Translations under genes and position numbers: made by a program
Assembly (NCBI RefSeq): GCF_003044035.1
Contig: NZ_NVQC01000030.1
Coordinates: 30,001 to 62,000 of the forward strand
Origin: Candidatus Methylomirabilis limnetica
GTDB lineage: Bacteria; Methylomirabilota; Methylomirabilia; Methylomirabilales; Methylomirabilaceae
DNA length: 32,000 bases
Reading direction: 5' to 3'
Part shown: positions 1 to 7,774 of the stretch, one piece after another
How the letters are laid out: each line of letters opens with the position of its first letter
Numbering within the stretch: the first letter of the stretch is position 1
Notes under the pieces: generated by a model
What the model was told of the DNA's origin: nothing
What the model saw: the letters and a program-made list of their open reading frames with translations, nothing else
The model's database searches: none

Positions 1-722
1 TCCCCGACTACCAACAAAGTGAGGTTGGGCGCACCCCGAATCGCGGCGCGGACTGCCCGCAGGAGCAACTCGAGATTCTTTTCCCTGGCCAGCCGCCCCA
101 CGTACAAGAGGACCGGCCCGTCCTCCGGCACACCCAGGCGACGCCGAATCTGGGTCTTCGATTCCTCCGGCTCTTCCGGCGGCTCGATCCCCGTTGGAAT
201 CACTTCAATGGGAGAGGTGACCCCATGGGTGAGCAGCCGCTCCTGCACCCCTGAAGTGGGCGCGATGACCAGATCGGCCTGGTTGGCGAAGGCATAGCTC
301 CGGGCCTCCGCGATCCTGGCAGCCAGGGGCGAGACGACCGGCAGGTAATGGGCATAATGCTCGTACAGCGTATGATAGGTAAACACGCACGGGACTCGTA
401 GACGGCGAGCCAATCGGCGGGCGTAAGGCCCGACAAGGAACGGGTGGTGAGCATGGATGACCTGCAGCCCAAGGCGTGGAATCAGACGACGAAGCCCCAC
501 GGCGGCGGCTGGAATCGGCAAGGCATAGCGGTGATGTGTCGGAACGCGCAGCGATGGGAACCGGTAGGTGTCGGGCTCTACCTCCTGGCGGCCCGGGTAA
601 CGCGGTGCAAAGATAAAGACCCGGTGGCCGAGGCGACGCAGGTGAAGGGCAAATTGTTGAATGGAGACCGCGAGGCCGTTCAGCAGCGGGGAGGCGTTGC
701 AGGTAAAAAAACCGATCCGCAC
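1..722 (-). CDS. Glycosyltransferase, GT4 family (GT-B fold), N-terminal part only; gene continues past window start
   Basis: Absent from the ORF track because there is no stop in the window. My translation of the minus strand from GTG (722-720) gives VRIGFFTCNASPLLNGLAVSIQQFALHLRRLGHRVFIFAPRYPG...HAHHPFLVGPYARRLA...LLYVGRLAREKNLELLL. This is a typical GT4 N-domain followed by the start of the GRLxxEKN C-domain. The listed ORF 205..774 is in another frame. Confidence 0.8.
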   Translation of the reverse strand, partial: MRIGFFTCNASPLLNGLAVSIQQFALHLRRLGHRVFIFAPRYPGRQEVEPDTYRFPSLRVPTHHRYALPIPAAAVGLRRLIPRLGLQVIHAHHPFLVGPYARRLARRLRVPCVFTYHTLYEHYAHYLPVVSPLAARIAEARSYAFANQADLVIAPTSGVQERLLTHGVTSPIEVIPTGIEPPEEPEESKTQIRRRLGVPEDGPVLLYVGRLAREKNLELLLRAVRAAIRGAPNLTLLVVG

Positions 723-732
723 CCAGCACCTC

Positions 733-886
733 GCACTTAGGGCAGCCACGAGGGACTGCCCCTACGCTTCGCACTTCGCAGTACCAAGCACGGCAAATCC
801 CCCCGTGCCCCCCTTTTGTAAAGGGGGGGTGGGGGGTTTTTGTACCCCGCGCTTAGGGCAGCCACAAGGGCTGCCCCTACACTTCG
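733..886. repeat. Composite repeat: two direct copies of a G-rich hairpin unit flanking a C5T3/A3G5 hairpin
   Basis: 733-775 and 849-886 share CTTAGGGCAGCCAC[G/A]AGGG(A)CTGCCCCTAC[G/A]CTTCG (stem GGGCAG/CTGCCC). Between them, 795-846 reads AAATCCCCCCGTGCCCCCCTTTTGTAAAGGGGGGGTGGGGGGTTTTTGTA. Confidence 0.85.
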
Positions 887-897
887 TATCCCGCACA

Positions 898-2472
898 TCA
901 TTTCCGGGTGACCTCCGTGTGAGTAATGGAGATGCCAAGCGCCAGGCGAGCCTGCATGTAAAGCTGTGCCGTAGCCATCAGGAAATAGTTATGCAAATTG
1001 ATCGGTGCGAAGGTGAGGCGAGACCACTCAAAGAGTTTCCTGGACTGCCGCCAACGGCGAGGCGGCCGTTGATAAATGATCGGCTTCAGCGTGTGGGGGA
1101 CTAAAACCATGCTCAAGAACATCGAAGCGGTCAGTACAATCGTCTGGAATTGGAGATTAAAGGCGGCGAGTGGACTCACACACAGGCCCTTACTCCCGAT
1201 CCGTAAGGCGAGCACATCAGGCGAGAGGAATACCTGAAACGGCCACAGCTCCTTGACGCAGGGGCTGATCCAGGAGATCAGGATCAGTTGCGCCGGTAAA
1301 AAGACCATGAGAGGTGGCATCGCGTTGGCAAACAGCGCCCGAAGCGCCAGGAACAACTTCCGCTTCAGCAGCGGCACCCGCATATCGTCAAATCTTCGCA
1401 CGTAATTGACCACGAATTTGACGTCCACCGCGCCGCGTGCCCAACGGGCGATCTGGCCCCACGAGTCCCTGGTGGTGAGCGGCGCCTGTCCCCAGGTTGG
1501 CATCTTGACAGGGGCCACGCGAAACCCTTCCATCACCACCTTGTACCTAAACTGCATATCCTCGTTGTGACGATTCGGTTCAAAGTAGTCCACCGTACGG
1601 AAATCACGGAATAGGAGGCTCGTCCCGGGACCCAGGACCAGATAGTCGCCGGCAGTCTGCATCTTTCCCAACTGATACAGGACGAACCCGGAGTTGTGCA
1701 GACGAGGCAGCATCGGCACCTTCCAGTAGTTCGAGGTGTAGGTGGTCAGCGACTGCAGGACGACCCCTCGGTCTCCCCTGGCCATCGCACGTTCCGCTTC
1801 CAGCCGATGGCGATGCTCCCGGAAGGCAAGATCCTGTGGGTGCAGAATCGTATCGGCATCGATAATCAGAATCTTCAGGTCCTCATCCCGGAGCGCGCCA
1901 TCATCGATCTGGCGCGCAAGATAACGGCCGGCCGCGCTAATCGATGTCGCCTTACATCTGTTCACGATCCCGTCGGTAGGATAGGTGAAGAGCCTGATCC
2001 TGATGGTCTTCTCGAGCGTCGGGAGGAGATCGCGTAGCGTGTGAAGCGTCTCTCGGTCTTCCGCCTCCACGATAGGAATCAGGGTAATCTGCTCCATCGG
2101 GTAGCGCTGCCTCTTGATCGAACGCATCGCCTGAAACAGCACGCGGCGGTTGTTCTCCCGCTTCAAGGGCATGAGGATCGCATAATGACTCAAGGAGTGG
2201 CCAGAGGTCTCGATCCTACTGCACCAGTCGGTCTCCATGTTGGCCAGTAGCTCCTGTCGCGTCTTATGAGCCCGGACCTGATTGATGATCAGGTAGCCGA
2301 TCCAGAGGGTGATGACGGCAAATCGAAAGACCTCAGACCAGAACGGATCGCCAGGAAGGTATCGGAGTAGCGGGTAGATCGAGAGGAGCAGGAGGGTCGT
2401 GAGAATCGGAAGGATATCCAGGACCCGCTCGACCACCCCATGCATAGGTGTGGAACTATCGCGCTGCGTCAT
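898..2472 (-). CDS. Integral-membrane family 2 glycosyltransferase, processive synthase type (cellulose/chitin/PNAG-synthase-like)
   Basis: 524 aa. It has N-terminal TM helices, the motif ILIIDADTIL (DxD-type), a Q-x-x-R-W type motif (GQIARWARGA), and several C-terminal TM helices. Confidence 0.85.
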   Translation of the reverse strand: MTQRDSSTPMHGVVERVLDILPILTTLLLLSIYPLLRYLPGDPFWSEVFRFAVITLWIGYLIINQVRAHKTRQELLANMETDWCSRIETSGHSLSHYAILMPLKRENNRRVLFQAMRSIKRQRYPMEQITLIPIVEAEDRETLHTLRDLLPTLEKTIRIRLFTYPTDGIVNRCKATSISAAGRYLARQIDDGALRDEDLKILIIDADTILHPQDLAFREHRHRLEAERAMARGDRGVVLQSLTTYTSNYWKVPMLPRLHNSGFVLYQLGKMQTAGDYLVLGPGTSLLFRDFRTVDYFEPNRHNEDMQFRYKVVMEGFRVAPVKMPTWGQAPLTTRDSWGQIARWARGAVDVKFVVNYVRRFDDMRVPLLKRKLFLALRALFANAMPPLMVFLPAQLILISWISPCVKELWPFQVFLSPDVLALRIGSKGLCVSPLAAFNLQFQTIVLTASMFLSMVLVPHTLKPIIYQRPPRRWRQSRKLFEWSRLTFAPINLHNYFLMATAQLYMQARLALGISITHTEVTRK

Positions 2473-2517
2473 AGTGAACTCCTAGAAGTGAACTCGCACC
2501 CAACGGGCGCTCGCACC

Positions 2518-2574
2518 GTAGGGGAGGGCTTTATGCCCTCCCGATTAACGGGCGGGGATCAACCCCGCCCCTAC
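2518..2574. repeat. Bipartite G-rich double hairpin (GTAGGGG ... CCCCTAC family)
   Basis: GTAGGGGAGGGCTTTATGCCCTCCCGATTAACGGGCGGGGATCAACCCCGCCCCTAC. Two adjacent stem-loops are enclosed by GTAGGGG/CCCCTAC. The same architecture occurs at 28247-28300 and 30950-31004. Confidence 0.85.
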
Positions 2575-2583
2575 GAATATATC

Positions 2584-2616
2584 ATGACAGGCCAATGAAC
2601 GGGTTGCGCTGTCAAT
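2584..2616 (+). repeat. 33-nt repeat, left copy of an inverted pair bracketing pilD
   Basis: ATGACAGGCCAATGAACGGGTTGCGCTGTCAAT. The reverse complement of 3569-3601 differs at 3 of 33 positions. There is an internal TGACAG/CTGTCA stem. Confidence 0.85.
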
Positions 2617-2635
2617 CTCTCTTCTTGGGTGGCCA

Positions 2636-3424
2636 TCATCGGAAGAGATTGACGTACCAGTCGATCACACGACCTCCACCAAACAGAGCAATGACCGCGC
2701 CGAGCGCCAGAAACGGCCCGAATGGAATCCGGTCTTTCCGCGATAACACACCGGCTGCGATCAGTCCCAGCGAAAGACAGGCGCCGAAGACGACCGCGAA
2801 GCCAAACGACACGAGCATGAGGCGCCACCCCAGGAATGCCCCGATCATGGCGAGCAGATTGACATCGCCGCCACCCATGCTCTCCTGCTTCAAGGCCACC
2901 TCCGCATACACCGCAATCAGGTACACCAGTCCGGCTCCGATCAGCGCTCCTGTCACGGCTTCAATCGGCGACGGATCGGAGGTCAGGATGCTTGCGACGA
3001 GGCCAATCGGTATGGCGGGAAGACTGAGCATATGGGGAATGATGCCATGGTCCAGATCGATAAATGTAATGACCACCAGTGCCGAGAGGAAAAGCAGGAG
3101 GAACACTGTTCGGATATTAAAGCCGAAGTGTAATACCGTCATGAGGAAAAGGCCTGCGGTAAGCCCTTCTACAAGCGGGTAACGCCAGGGAATTGACGCC
3201 TTGCACCGACGGCATCGGCCCGCAAGTAATACAAAGCTTGCAAGAGGGATATTATCGTACCAGGCTATCAGGCCATTGCACTGAGGACAGTGCGATCCAG
3301 GAAAGGCGAGGCCTTCGTCACGCGGGATACGCCATATACAGACATTCAAGAAACTTCCGACCACGAGCCCCAAGGGGATGCTCAAGATTACTGATAAGCT
3401 TTCCAGTGAGAGATTGTCTGGCAA
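2636..3424 (-). CDS. pilD: Prepilin leader peptidase / N-methyltransferase (peptidase A24)
   Basis: 262 aa polytopic membrane protein. It has GSFLNV, a Cys-rich N-methyltransferase box (CPQCNGLIAWYDNIPLASFVLLAGRCRRC), and GGGDV near the C-terminal half. The start is a TTG at 3424, and an internal TTG 13 codons downstream is also possible. Confidence 0.9.
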   Translation of the reverse strand: MPDNLSLESLSVILSIPLGLVVGSFLNVCIWRIPRDEGLAFPGSHCPQCNGLIAWYDNIPLASFVLLAGRCRRCKASIPWRYPLVEGLTAGLFLMTVLHFGFNIRTVFLLLFLSALVVITFIDLDHGIIPHMLSLPAIPIGLVASILTSDPSPIEAVTGALIGAGLVYLIAVYAEVALKQESMGGGDVNLLAMIGAFLGWRLMLVSFGFAVVFGACLSLGLIAAGVLSRKDRIPFGPFLALGAVIALFGGGRVIDWYVNLFR

Positions 3425-3451
3425 TGGAAGCTGACCTTAGGTTAACGTTTT

Positions 3452-3476
3452 CCGTTCGTGCTGAGCCTGTCGAAGC
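3452..3476. repeat. Half-copy of the CCGTTCG..GAGCCTGTCGAA repeat
   Basis: CCGTTCGTGCTGAGCCTGTCGAAGC matches CCGTTCGCGGTGAGCCTGTCGAACC at 21627-21651. Confidence 0.6.
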
Positions 3477-3568
3477 ATGATCAAGGGTTTGCAGAACAGG
3501 CTCGCTGGCCTGTAGGATAGCAGTTCCTGCACAGGTTACCAACCCTAAAGCTGTAACACAAGAATAAG

Positions 3569-3601
3569 ATTGACAGCGTAACCCGTTCACTTGCCTGTCA
3601 T
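3569..3601 (-). repeat. 33-nt repeat, right copy of the inverted pair bracketing pilD
   Basis: ATTGACAGCGTAACCCGTTCACTTGCCTGTCAT is the reverse complement of 2584-2616 with 3 mismatches. A related CGYTGTCAAT...TATTCTTG string recurs at 3693-3720. Confidence 0.85.
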
Positions 3602-3673
3602 TGCGAGCACCCGAAGGGTGCGCGGCAATCTCAGCACAACATTGCGAGATTGCTTCGCTACTCTCGCAATGAC
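3597..3673. repeat. Long hairpin repeat of the GTCATTGCGAG ... CTCGCAATGAC type
   Basis: GTCATTGCGAG (3597-3607) pairs with CTCGCAATGAC (3663-3673). Inner hairpins are GCACCCGAAGGGTGC and ATTGCGAGATTGCTTCGCTACTCTCGCAAT. Confidence 0.8.
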
Positions 3674-3735
3674 GGACACATGAACAGATTGGGCCGTCAA
3701 TGCTTGTTGCTATTCTTGGGCTGTAACGGAAGGGT

Positions 3736-5061
3736 CTAGAGTCCCCAGGACAGGAATCGGAGTGGGCCTTGAAGGGGCGGATTGGCGTCGCACTTGTAGG
3801 TGAGCCCGATATTGCCGCTCACGATGTTGTTGTTGGCATTCACGAGGCTGCCGACCGTATTAGGGGCGTTTTCACCAACGATGAATCCGGTAAAGGTCCC
3901 ATTGCCGTGGAGATAGAACTGTTCGTGAGCTGCGATCACCCCGTTGTACCCATTGCTCGGGGTACCGTTGATCTCGATATCACGGCCTGAATAAAAGAGC
4001 GTATCGGAAACGGTATAATTCGCGTCGGCTTGTATCGTCGGCTTGCCCTGGATGTCGATATCACCGGTGGCAATAAGGGTGGTTTTCCACGGCGTGGCGT
4101 CAGAGCCTGGACTGCCTACCACCGTGGCGTTTCCCTCTAAGTAATATGTGCCGTTACAGTCTGGTAGGACTGTGTTATCGTTGAATGTCCACTGAGCGAG
4201 GGGGGTACCGGAGGTGTACGTCCATCCACAGTAACTGCCGTTATCGGCCAGGGTTGTGATCAGGGCGTCGCTGCCGTCGAGCACCTCCCCGTTCGCCTTC
4301 ATCTGAATCAGGTGATCTAAGGGGGGGGCGCCCATGCCCATTGGGTTAGTCTTCAGGTCTGCCAGGAAACCAGCCGGATCGATGTGCGGAAGCGGCTCTG
4401 TTGGTGCGTGATCCCTGATGCCACCTGTAACATTCACGCTGCCGCCGTTCACCTGGACGGGGTCAGCATCGTTGGGATCACCATTATCGGCCTCTGCGGC
4501 GTAGCCCAAAATTGTCGTATTGCCGCCCAGGGTAAGATCCCCGTTGGAATGAACGTTCCCGCATTGCCCATTCGTTGCTGAAACGAATGAGCTGCCCCCA
4601 ATGGTCAGGTCACCGTTGGCCACGATGGCGTTCCGGGATTGGTAAAAGGTGCTCATAACAGCTCTGCGAATCTGTTGAGACCCTCCGATGGCGCTGACGC
4701 CAGTTGACACCACCCTCCATGTCCAGAGGCCCGCCGCCTGGTACTGAACAGTGTAGTTTCCTGCTCCGCCCAACGGCGTATTGGCCTCGATGCCTGGGAC
4801 AGGCTGAGGAGGATAGGCGGCGTTTGTCGGGAGGCTTGCGCGTGAGGTGTTCCACAGAACGTTGACCCTATTAAAAGTATGCTCCAGTCCGGCCTCGGCC
4901 AGAAAGAACGCCTGAGTCCCGCGGAGATGGTTGCTGGCAATCTGGACTTCGGAGCTCCCGACAGCCAAGAGCGCGGCCGAGAGCGCCCCCAGGACGACGA
5001 AGGCCATGAGCGCGAGCGGGAGAGCCACCCCACGATTATCGCCAAACCGCTTATGCCTCAT
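3736..5061 (-). CDS. Large PilX-N-domain pilus protein (putative minor-pilin complex / tip component) with repetitive Gly/Asn-rich C-terminal region
   Basis: 441 aa. The N-terminus MRHKRFGDNRG|VALPLALMAFVVLGALSAALLAV is PilX_N-like. Downstream there are repeated NGDLT[IL]GG / GDIDIQG / GRDIEING motifs that suggest a beta-helix. Its start overlaps the stop of the upstream gene (ATGA, 5058-5061). Confidence 0.75.
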   Translation of the reverse strand: MRHKRFGDNRGVALPLALMAFVVLGALSAALLAVGSSEVQIASNHLRGTQAFFLAEAGLEHTFNRVNVLWNTSRASLPTNAAYPPQPVPGIEANTPLGGAGNYTVQYQAAGLWTWRVVSTGVSAIGGSQQIRRAVMSTFYQSRNAIVANGDLTIGGSSFVSATNGQCGNVHSNGDLTLGGNTTILGYAAEADNGDPNDADPVQVNGGSVNVTGGIRDHAPTEPLPHIDPAGFLADLKTNPMGMGAPPLDHLIQMKANGEVLDGSDALITTLADNGSYCGWTYTSGTPLAQWTFNDNTVLPDCNGTYYLEGNATVVGSPGSDATPWKTTLIATGDIDIQGKPTIQADANYTVSDTLFYSGRDIEINGTPSNGYNGVIAAHEQFYLHGNGTFTGFIVGENAPNTVGSLVNANNNIVSGNIGLTYKCDANPPLQGPLRFLSWGL

Positions 5062-5915
5062 GGCAGACTCCTCGGCTTCACCCTGGTGGTCATCTGGCGT
5101 GAGCTGCTGTCTGGATCCTGACAGGAGGCGGCGGGGGTCCGTTTTATACAGACTGTGAGGTCGATCTGGATCTCCCTGATAAGGGCTGGATCCGTAGTCG
5201 GCGTCACCCCGTTGGAAAGGAAATAGAAGAAGGTCAGGCCTGAGACATTGTCAACTATAGGATCGGCGCCGCTTCCGCCCTGAGTCCTGGTGAGACAAGT
5301 CAAAGTGGGGCACGTAGAAGTGGCACTTGCATTTCTGGTATAGGTAATGATCTTGACATCCCGGACAAGACTGCCCGCGGCGGAATAGGGTGAACTGAGG
5401 GCTGAGGCAAGGGTAAGAGTGCTGCCGTTTATGTCCGTAATCTGCTTGACCTCCCGCCTACCCCCATTGGCGATATAGATATAATCGTTGTCAGCCGGAT
5501 TCTGATACACCTTGAACGCATCGCCGGTTTGCCCTGCCGTTATGCTCAAAGGAACAGAATTCCCAGTGGTTGTGGGACTGGGTGTCGCCTCAGCACCATT
5601 GATCACGGAAGAGTCGTCCACGTTCGCCCTAAAGGTTATGCTGGTAGGGGTGGCAGCAGTGATCGCGTTGCAGTTGGGCAGCGGCGCGCAGGAAGCCCCA
5701 ACCCAGTATGAGCCTATCAGCCTGAGTTCGCTTGCCATGCGATCGAGGCCTGCCCTCGCGCCGAGCTGGGCATCCTCCAAGGCGGTGGCCCGGGTGTAGA
5801 TGCCCTGAGAGACCTGATAGACTCCGACGATACCTCCGGCAACCATGCCCACGATCGCCAGGACGATCAACAGCTCAACCAGGGTGTACCCCTCTGCCCT
5901 CGTGTGGCGCCTCAT
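5058..5915 (-). CDS. Minor type IV pilin, PilW-like (by size and position)
   Basis: 285 aa. Prepilin-type N-terminus MRRHTRAEG|YTLVELLIVLAIVGMVAGG with Glu at +5. Confidence 0.8.
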   Translation of the reverse strand: MRRHTRAEGYTLVELLIVLAIVGMVAGGIVGVYQVSQGIYTRATALEDAQLGARAGLDRMASELRLIGSYWVGASCAPLPNCNAITAATPTSITFRANVDDSSVINGAEATPSPTTTGNSVPLSITAGQTGDAFKVYQNPADNDYIYIANGGRREVKQITDINGSTLTLASALSSPYSAAGSLVRDVKIITYTRNASATSTCPTLTCLTRTQGGSGADPIVDNVSGLTFFYFLSNGVTPTTDPALIREIQIDLTVCIKRTPAASCQDPDSSSRQMTTRVKPRSLP

Positions 5916-5928
5916 GATCCGTGTCCCC

Positions 5929-6369
5929 TTACGGCCTCGCGGCGACGAGCGTACTTATATTCATGCTCTCCTGGTTCGCTCCCCGCTCCGTGGGAAGAGT
6001 GAAGGCCACGGTGACGGTTACCCGCTTGGTATCCGCGGCCGGGCCGTCCACGACTCTCACCTGCCTATTGAAATTGGGAAAGCCGTTGACGGGGGTTTCA
6101 TCCGTGAAGCCAAGCGGGGGGTTGCCTGGAGCAAAGGGGTCGGCCCCCACCCGGTACTGGACTCGCTTCACCTGTTCCAGCCGGTCCTGGGCGAGCATGG
6201 TCGCCGTCGACAGATAATAGCCTCGCGTAACGGCGGCCTGGCCGAATGGGAAGGTGCCGGCGATCCCGCCGCCTTGAAGCGCGGTCGTCGCCGCCACCCC
6301 TAAGAGTGCGATGGTAAGGATCGCGAGGGCAATCAGGACCTCGACGAGGGTGAATCCGCGATCTCGCAT
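5929..6369 (-). CDS. Minor type IV pilin, PilV-like
   Basis: 146 aa. MRDRG|FTLVEVLIALAILTIALLG is a class III signal peptide with Glu at +5. Confidence 0.8.
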   Translation of the reverse strand: MRDRGFTLVEVLIALAILTIALLGVAATTALQGGGIAGTFPFGQAAVTRGYYLSTATMLAQDRLEQVKRVQYRVGADPFAPGNPPLGFTDETPVNGFPNFNRQVRVVDGPAADTKRVTVTVAFTLPTERGANQESMNISTLVAARP

Positions 6370-6380
6370 CTCGCTCCTCC

Positions 6381-6851
6381 TTACTCGATTCGAATGCGGC
6401 CCGAAGAGGCAACGACGACATCCAGGGCTGACGTGCCCTGGGAGTTCTGCACGGTGATGGTCCCTCCGCCAGCGGTCCCGAGCCGGTTAAAGGTCGGGTT
6501 GGCGGTCGGGTTGGTGAGTCGAGCCTGGTTGACCAGTCGCCTGTAGCCCTGACCATCGGTTCCAGGGCCGGTCCATACCACATTGTCGCTGGTCCTGACA
6601 AAGCGTAGTCGATTGTTGTCCGGCTCGATCTCTACGCGGTAATCGGTGTTGCGTGCGATGGCAAGCTCGCGGGCCTGGTGGAGCAGCGCCGCCAGCTCCT
6701 GGGACGCTCCCCGCGTTTCACTCGCCCTGAGAAAGGTCATAAACAGGGGGGTGGCCATCATGCTGATAATCCCGATGATCGCAATAACGATCATCAGCTC
6801 CACGAGGGTAAACCCCCGTTGACCATCCACTCGACTCTGCCGAAAGACCAT
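6381..6851 (-). CDS. Minor pilin / pseudopilin, GspH/FimT-like
   Basis: 156 aa. ...DGQRG|FTLVELMIVIAIIGIISMMATP is followed by ASQELAALLHQARELAIARN, which is typical of the GspH/FimT family. Confidence 0.8.
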   Translation of the reverse strand: MVFRQSRVDGQRGFTLVELMIVIAIIGIISMMATPLFMTFLRASETRGASQELAALLHQARELAIARNTDYRVEIEPDNNRLRFVRTSDNVVWTGPGTDGQGYRRLVNQARLTNPTANPTFNRLGTAGGGTITVQNSQGTSALDVVVASSGRIRIE

Positions 6852-6944
6852 CTGAACACCCCTTCGCCTCAGAGAGATGGCTCACCACTGTGAGACAGCC
6901 TCCACGCCGTCCCACAGTGGCACGTGCGGAAGAAAAGGGAAACG

Positions 6945-6968
6945 GGGGAGAGGCTCTCGCCTCTCCCC
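6945..6968 (-). terminator. Intrinsic terminator-like hairpin just downstream of pilA
   Basis: Perfect 10-bp stem GGGGAGAGGC / GCCTCTCCCC with a 4-nt loop, starting 10 nt after the pilA stop. On the transcribed strand it is followed by GTTTCCCTTTTCTTCC (T-rich). Confidence 0.7.
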
Positions 6969-6978
6969 GTCAAAGGCT

Positions 6979-7449
6979 TTACGGACAGGTGACCCCGCCT
7001 CCGCTGTTGGCACCGGTGTCGTCACCTGTGGCGCAGACGACAAAGGCCCCCGGAATTACGGCGCCACCGGGAGCCGTGCCATTGGTATAGGTGTAGCCTA
7101 CCGCTGGCAACGGCCACGCGGGGGTACCACCTGGGGGCGGAGTTGGGATGCCCGCCATGAACGGCCCAGCAGACAGCCCCTGAGGGTTCACCGCGGCGGC
7201 AGCGAGGAGGAGAAGGCCTGCAGGCCCAGATGCAGGAGGCGCCCCCATGTGGGCCGCGTAGGCGCTGACGGCGCCGCCGAGGGTTCGGGTGTCTGCCTGG
7301 GCCTTGGCGACCCGCGCTCCCCTCTGGACATTGGCATACATCGGGATGGCGATCGCCGCCAGGATACCGATGATCGCCACCACGATCATCAACTCAATCA
7401 ACGTGAATCCACCTTTCCGTCCGATCAGTTTCTTTCTCAGGGGCTCCAT
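6979..7449 (-). CDS. pilA: Major type IVa pilin
   Basis: 156 aa. MEPLRKKLIGRKG|FTLIELMIVVAIIGILAAIAIP. There is a C-terminal Cys pair (VVCATGDDTGANSGGGVTCP) consistent with a disulfide-bonded loop. The gene sits directly downstream of pilSR and behind a sigma54 promoter. SD AGGAG lies 6 nt before the ATG. The middle of the protein is unusually Pro/Gly/Ala-rich. Confidence 0.85.
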   Translation of the reverse strand: MEPLRKKLIGRKGGFTLIELMIVVAIIGILAAIAIPMYANVQRGARVAKAQADTRTLGGAVSAYAAHMGAPPASGPAGLLLLAAAAVNPQGLSAGPFMAGIPTPPPGGTPAWPLPAVGYTYTNGTAPGGAVIPGAFVVCATGDDTGANSGGGVTCP

Positions 7450-7510
7450 TTCTCTTCTCCTTTACCGTTAAGGTTCACCGACTCAACAACAACTCTCTGG
7501 CTTCTCTACG

Positions 7511-7527
7511 TTGCAGGCGCCGTGCCA
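7511..7527 (-). promoter_or_regulatory. Sigma54 (-24/-12) promoter for pilA
   Basis: The minus strand reads TGGCACGGCGCCTGCAA, against the consensus TGGCACG-N4-TTGCA. GG and GC are correctly spaced and there is one mismatch. It lies about 60-80 nt upstream of the pilA ATG, and the adjacent gene encodes a sigma54-dependent PilR. Confidence 0.8.
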
Positions 7528-7590
7528 TCTTGACTTCGACACCCCTGCTGATCAAAATTGTTATGGCCCCAGGGCTATCCGTGCATCATG

Positions 7591-7643
7591 AAAATCCCCC
7601 CCAACCCCCCTTTAATAAAGGGGGGAACCCGAGGGGGGATTTT
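7591..7643. repeat. C5T3/A3G5 nested hairpin repeat
   Basis: AAAATCCCCCCCAACCCCCCTTTAATAAAGGGGGGAACCCGAGGGGGGATTTT. Other members are at 795-846, 19966-20003, 21721-21804, 24697-24850 and 25989-26035. Confidence 0.85.
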
Positions 7644-7774
7644 AGTCGTGGGCGATTTTCTGGGTAAGGGGATGAGATGACGCCAAGCCGGCAGTATCAG
7701 GGCAGAAGAGACTGGTGGATGACCTAAACCTACGGAGAGGTGACAAAAAGTGTCAGGTGACTGACGATTTGGGG

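Noticed and set aside
205-774. 189-aa minus-strand ORF at the left edge
   Set aside because: It is in a different frame from the clear GT4 glycosyltransferase reading frame (GTG 722 to the window start). The translation is Pro/Arg-rich with no motifs, and its 5' part lies in repeat DNA.
2584-3601. pilD as an invertible (phase-variable) segment
   Set aside because: The flanking 33-nt inverted repeats are real. However, no recombinase or invertase gene is present in the window, the pilD promoter location is unknown, and the repeats resemble the other small hairpin elements. This is kept as a low-to-moderate finding about the repeats only, not as a phase switch.
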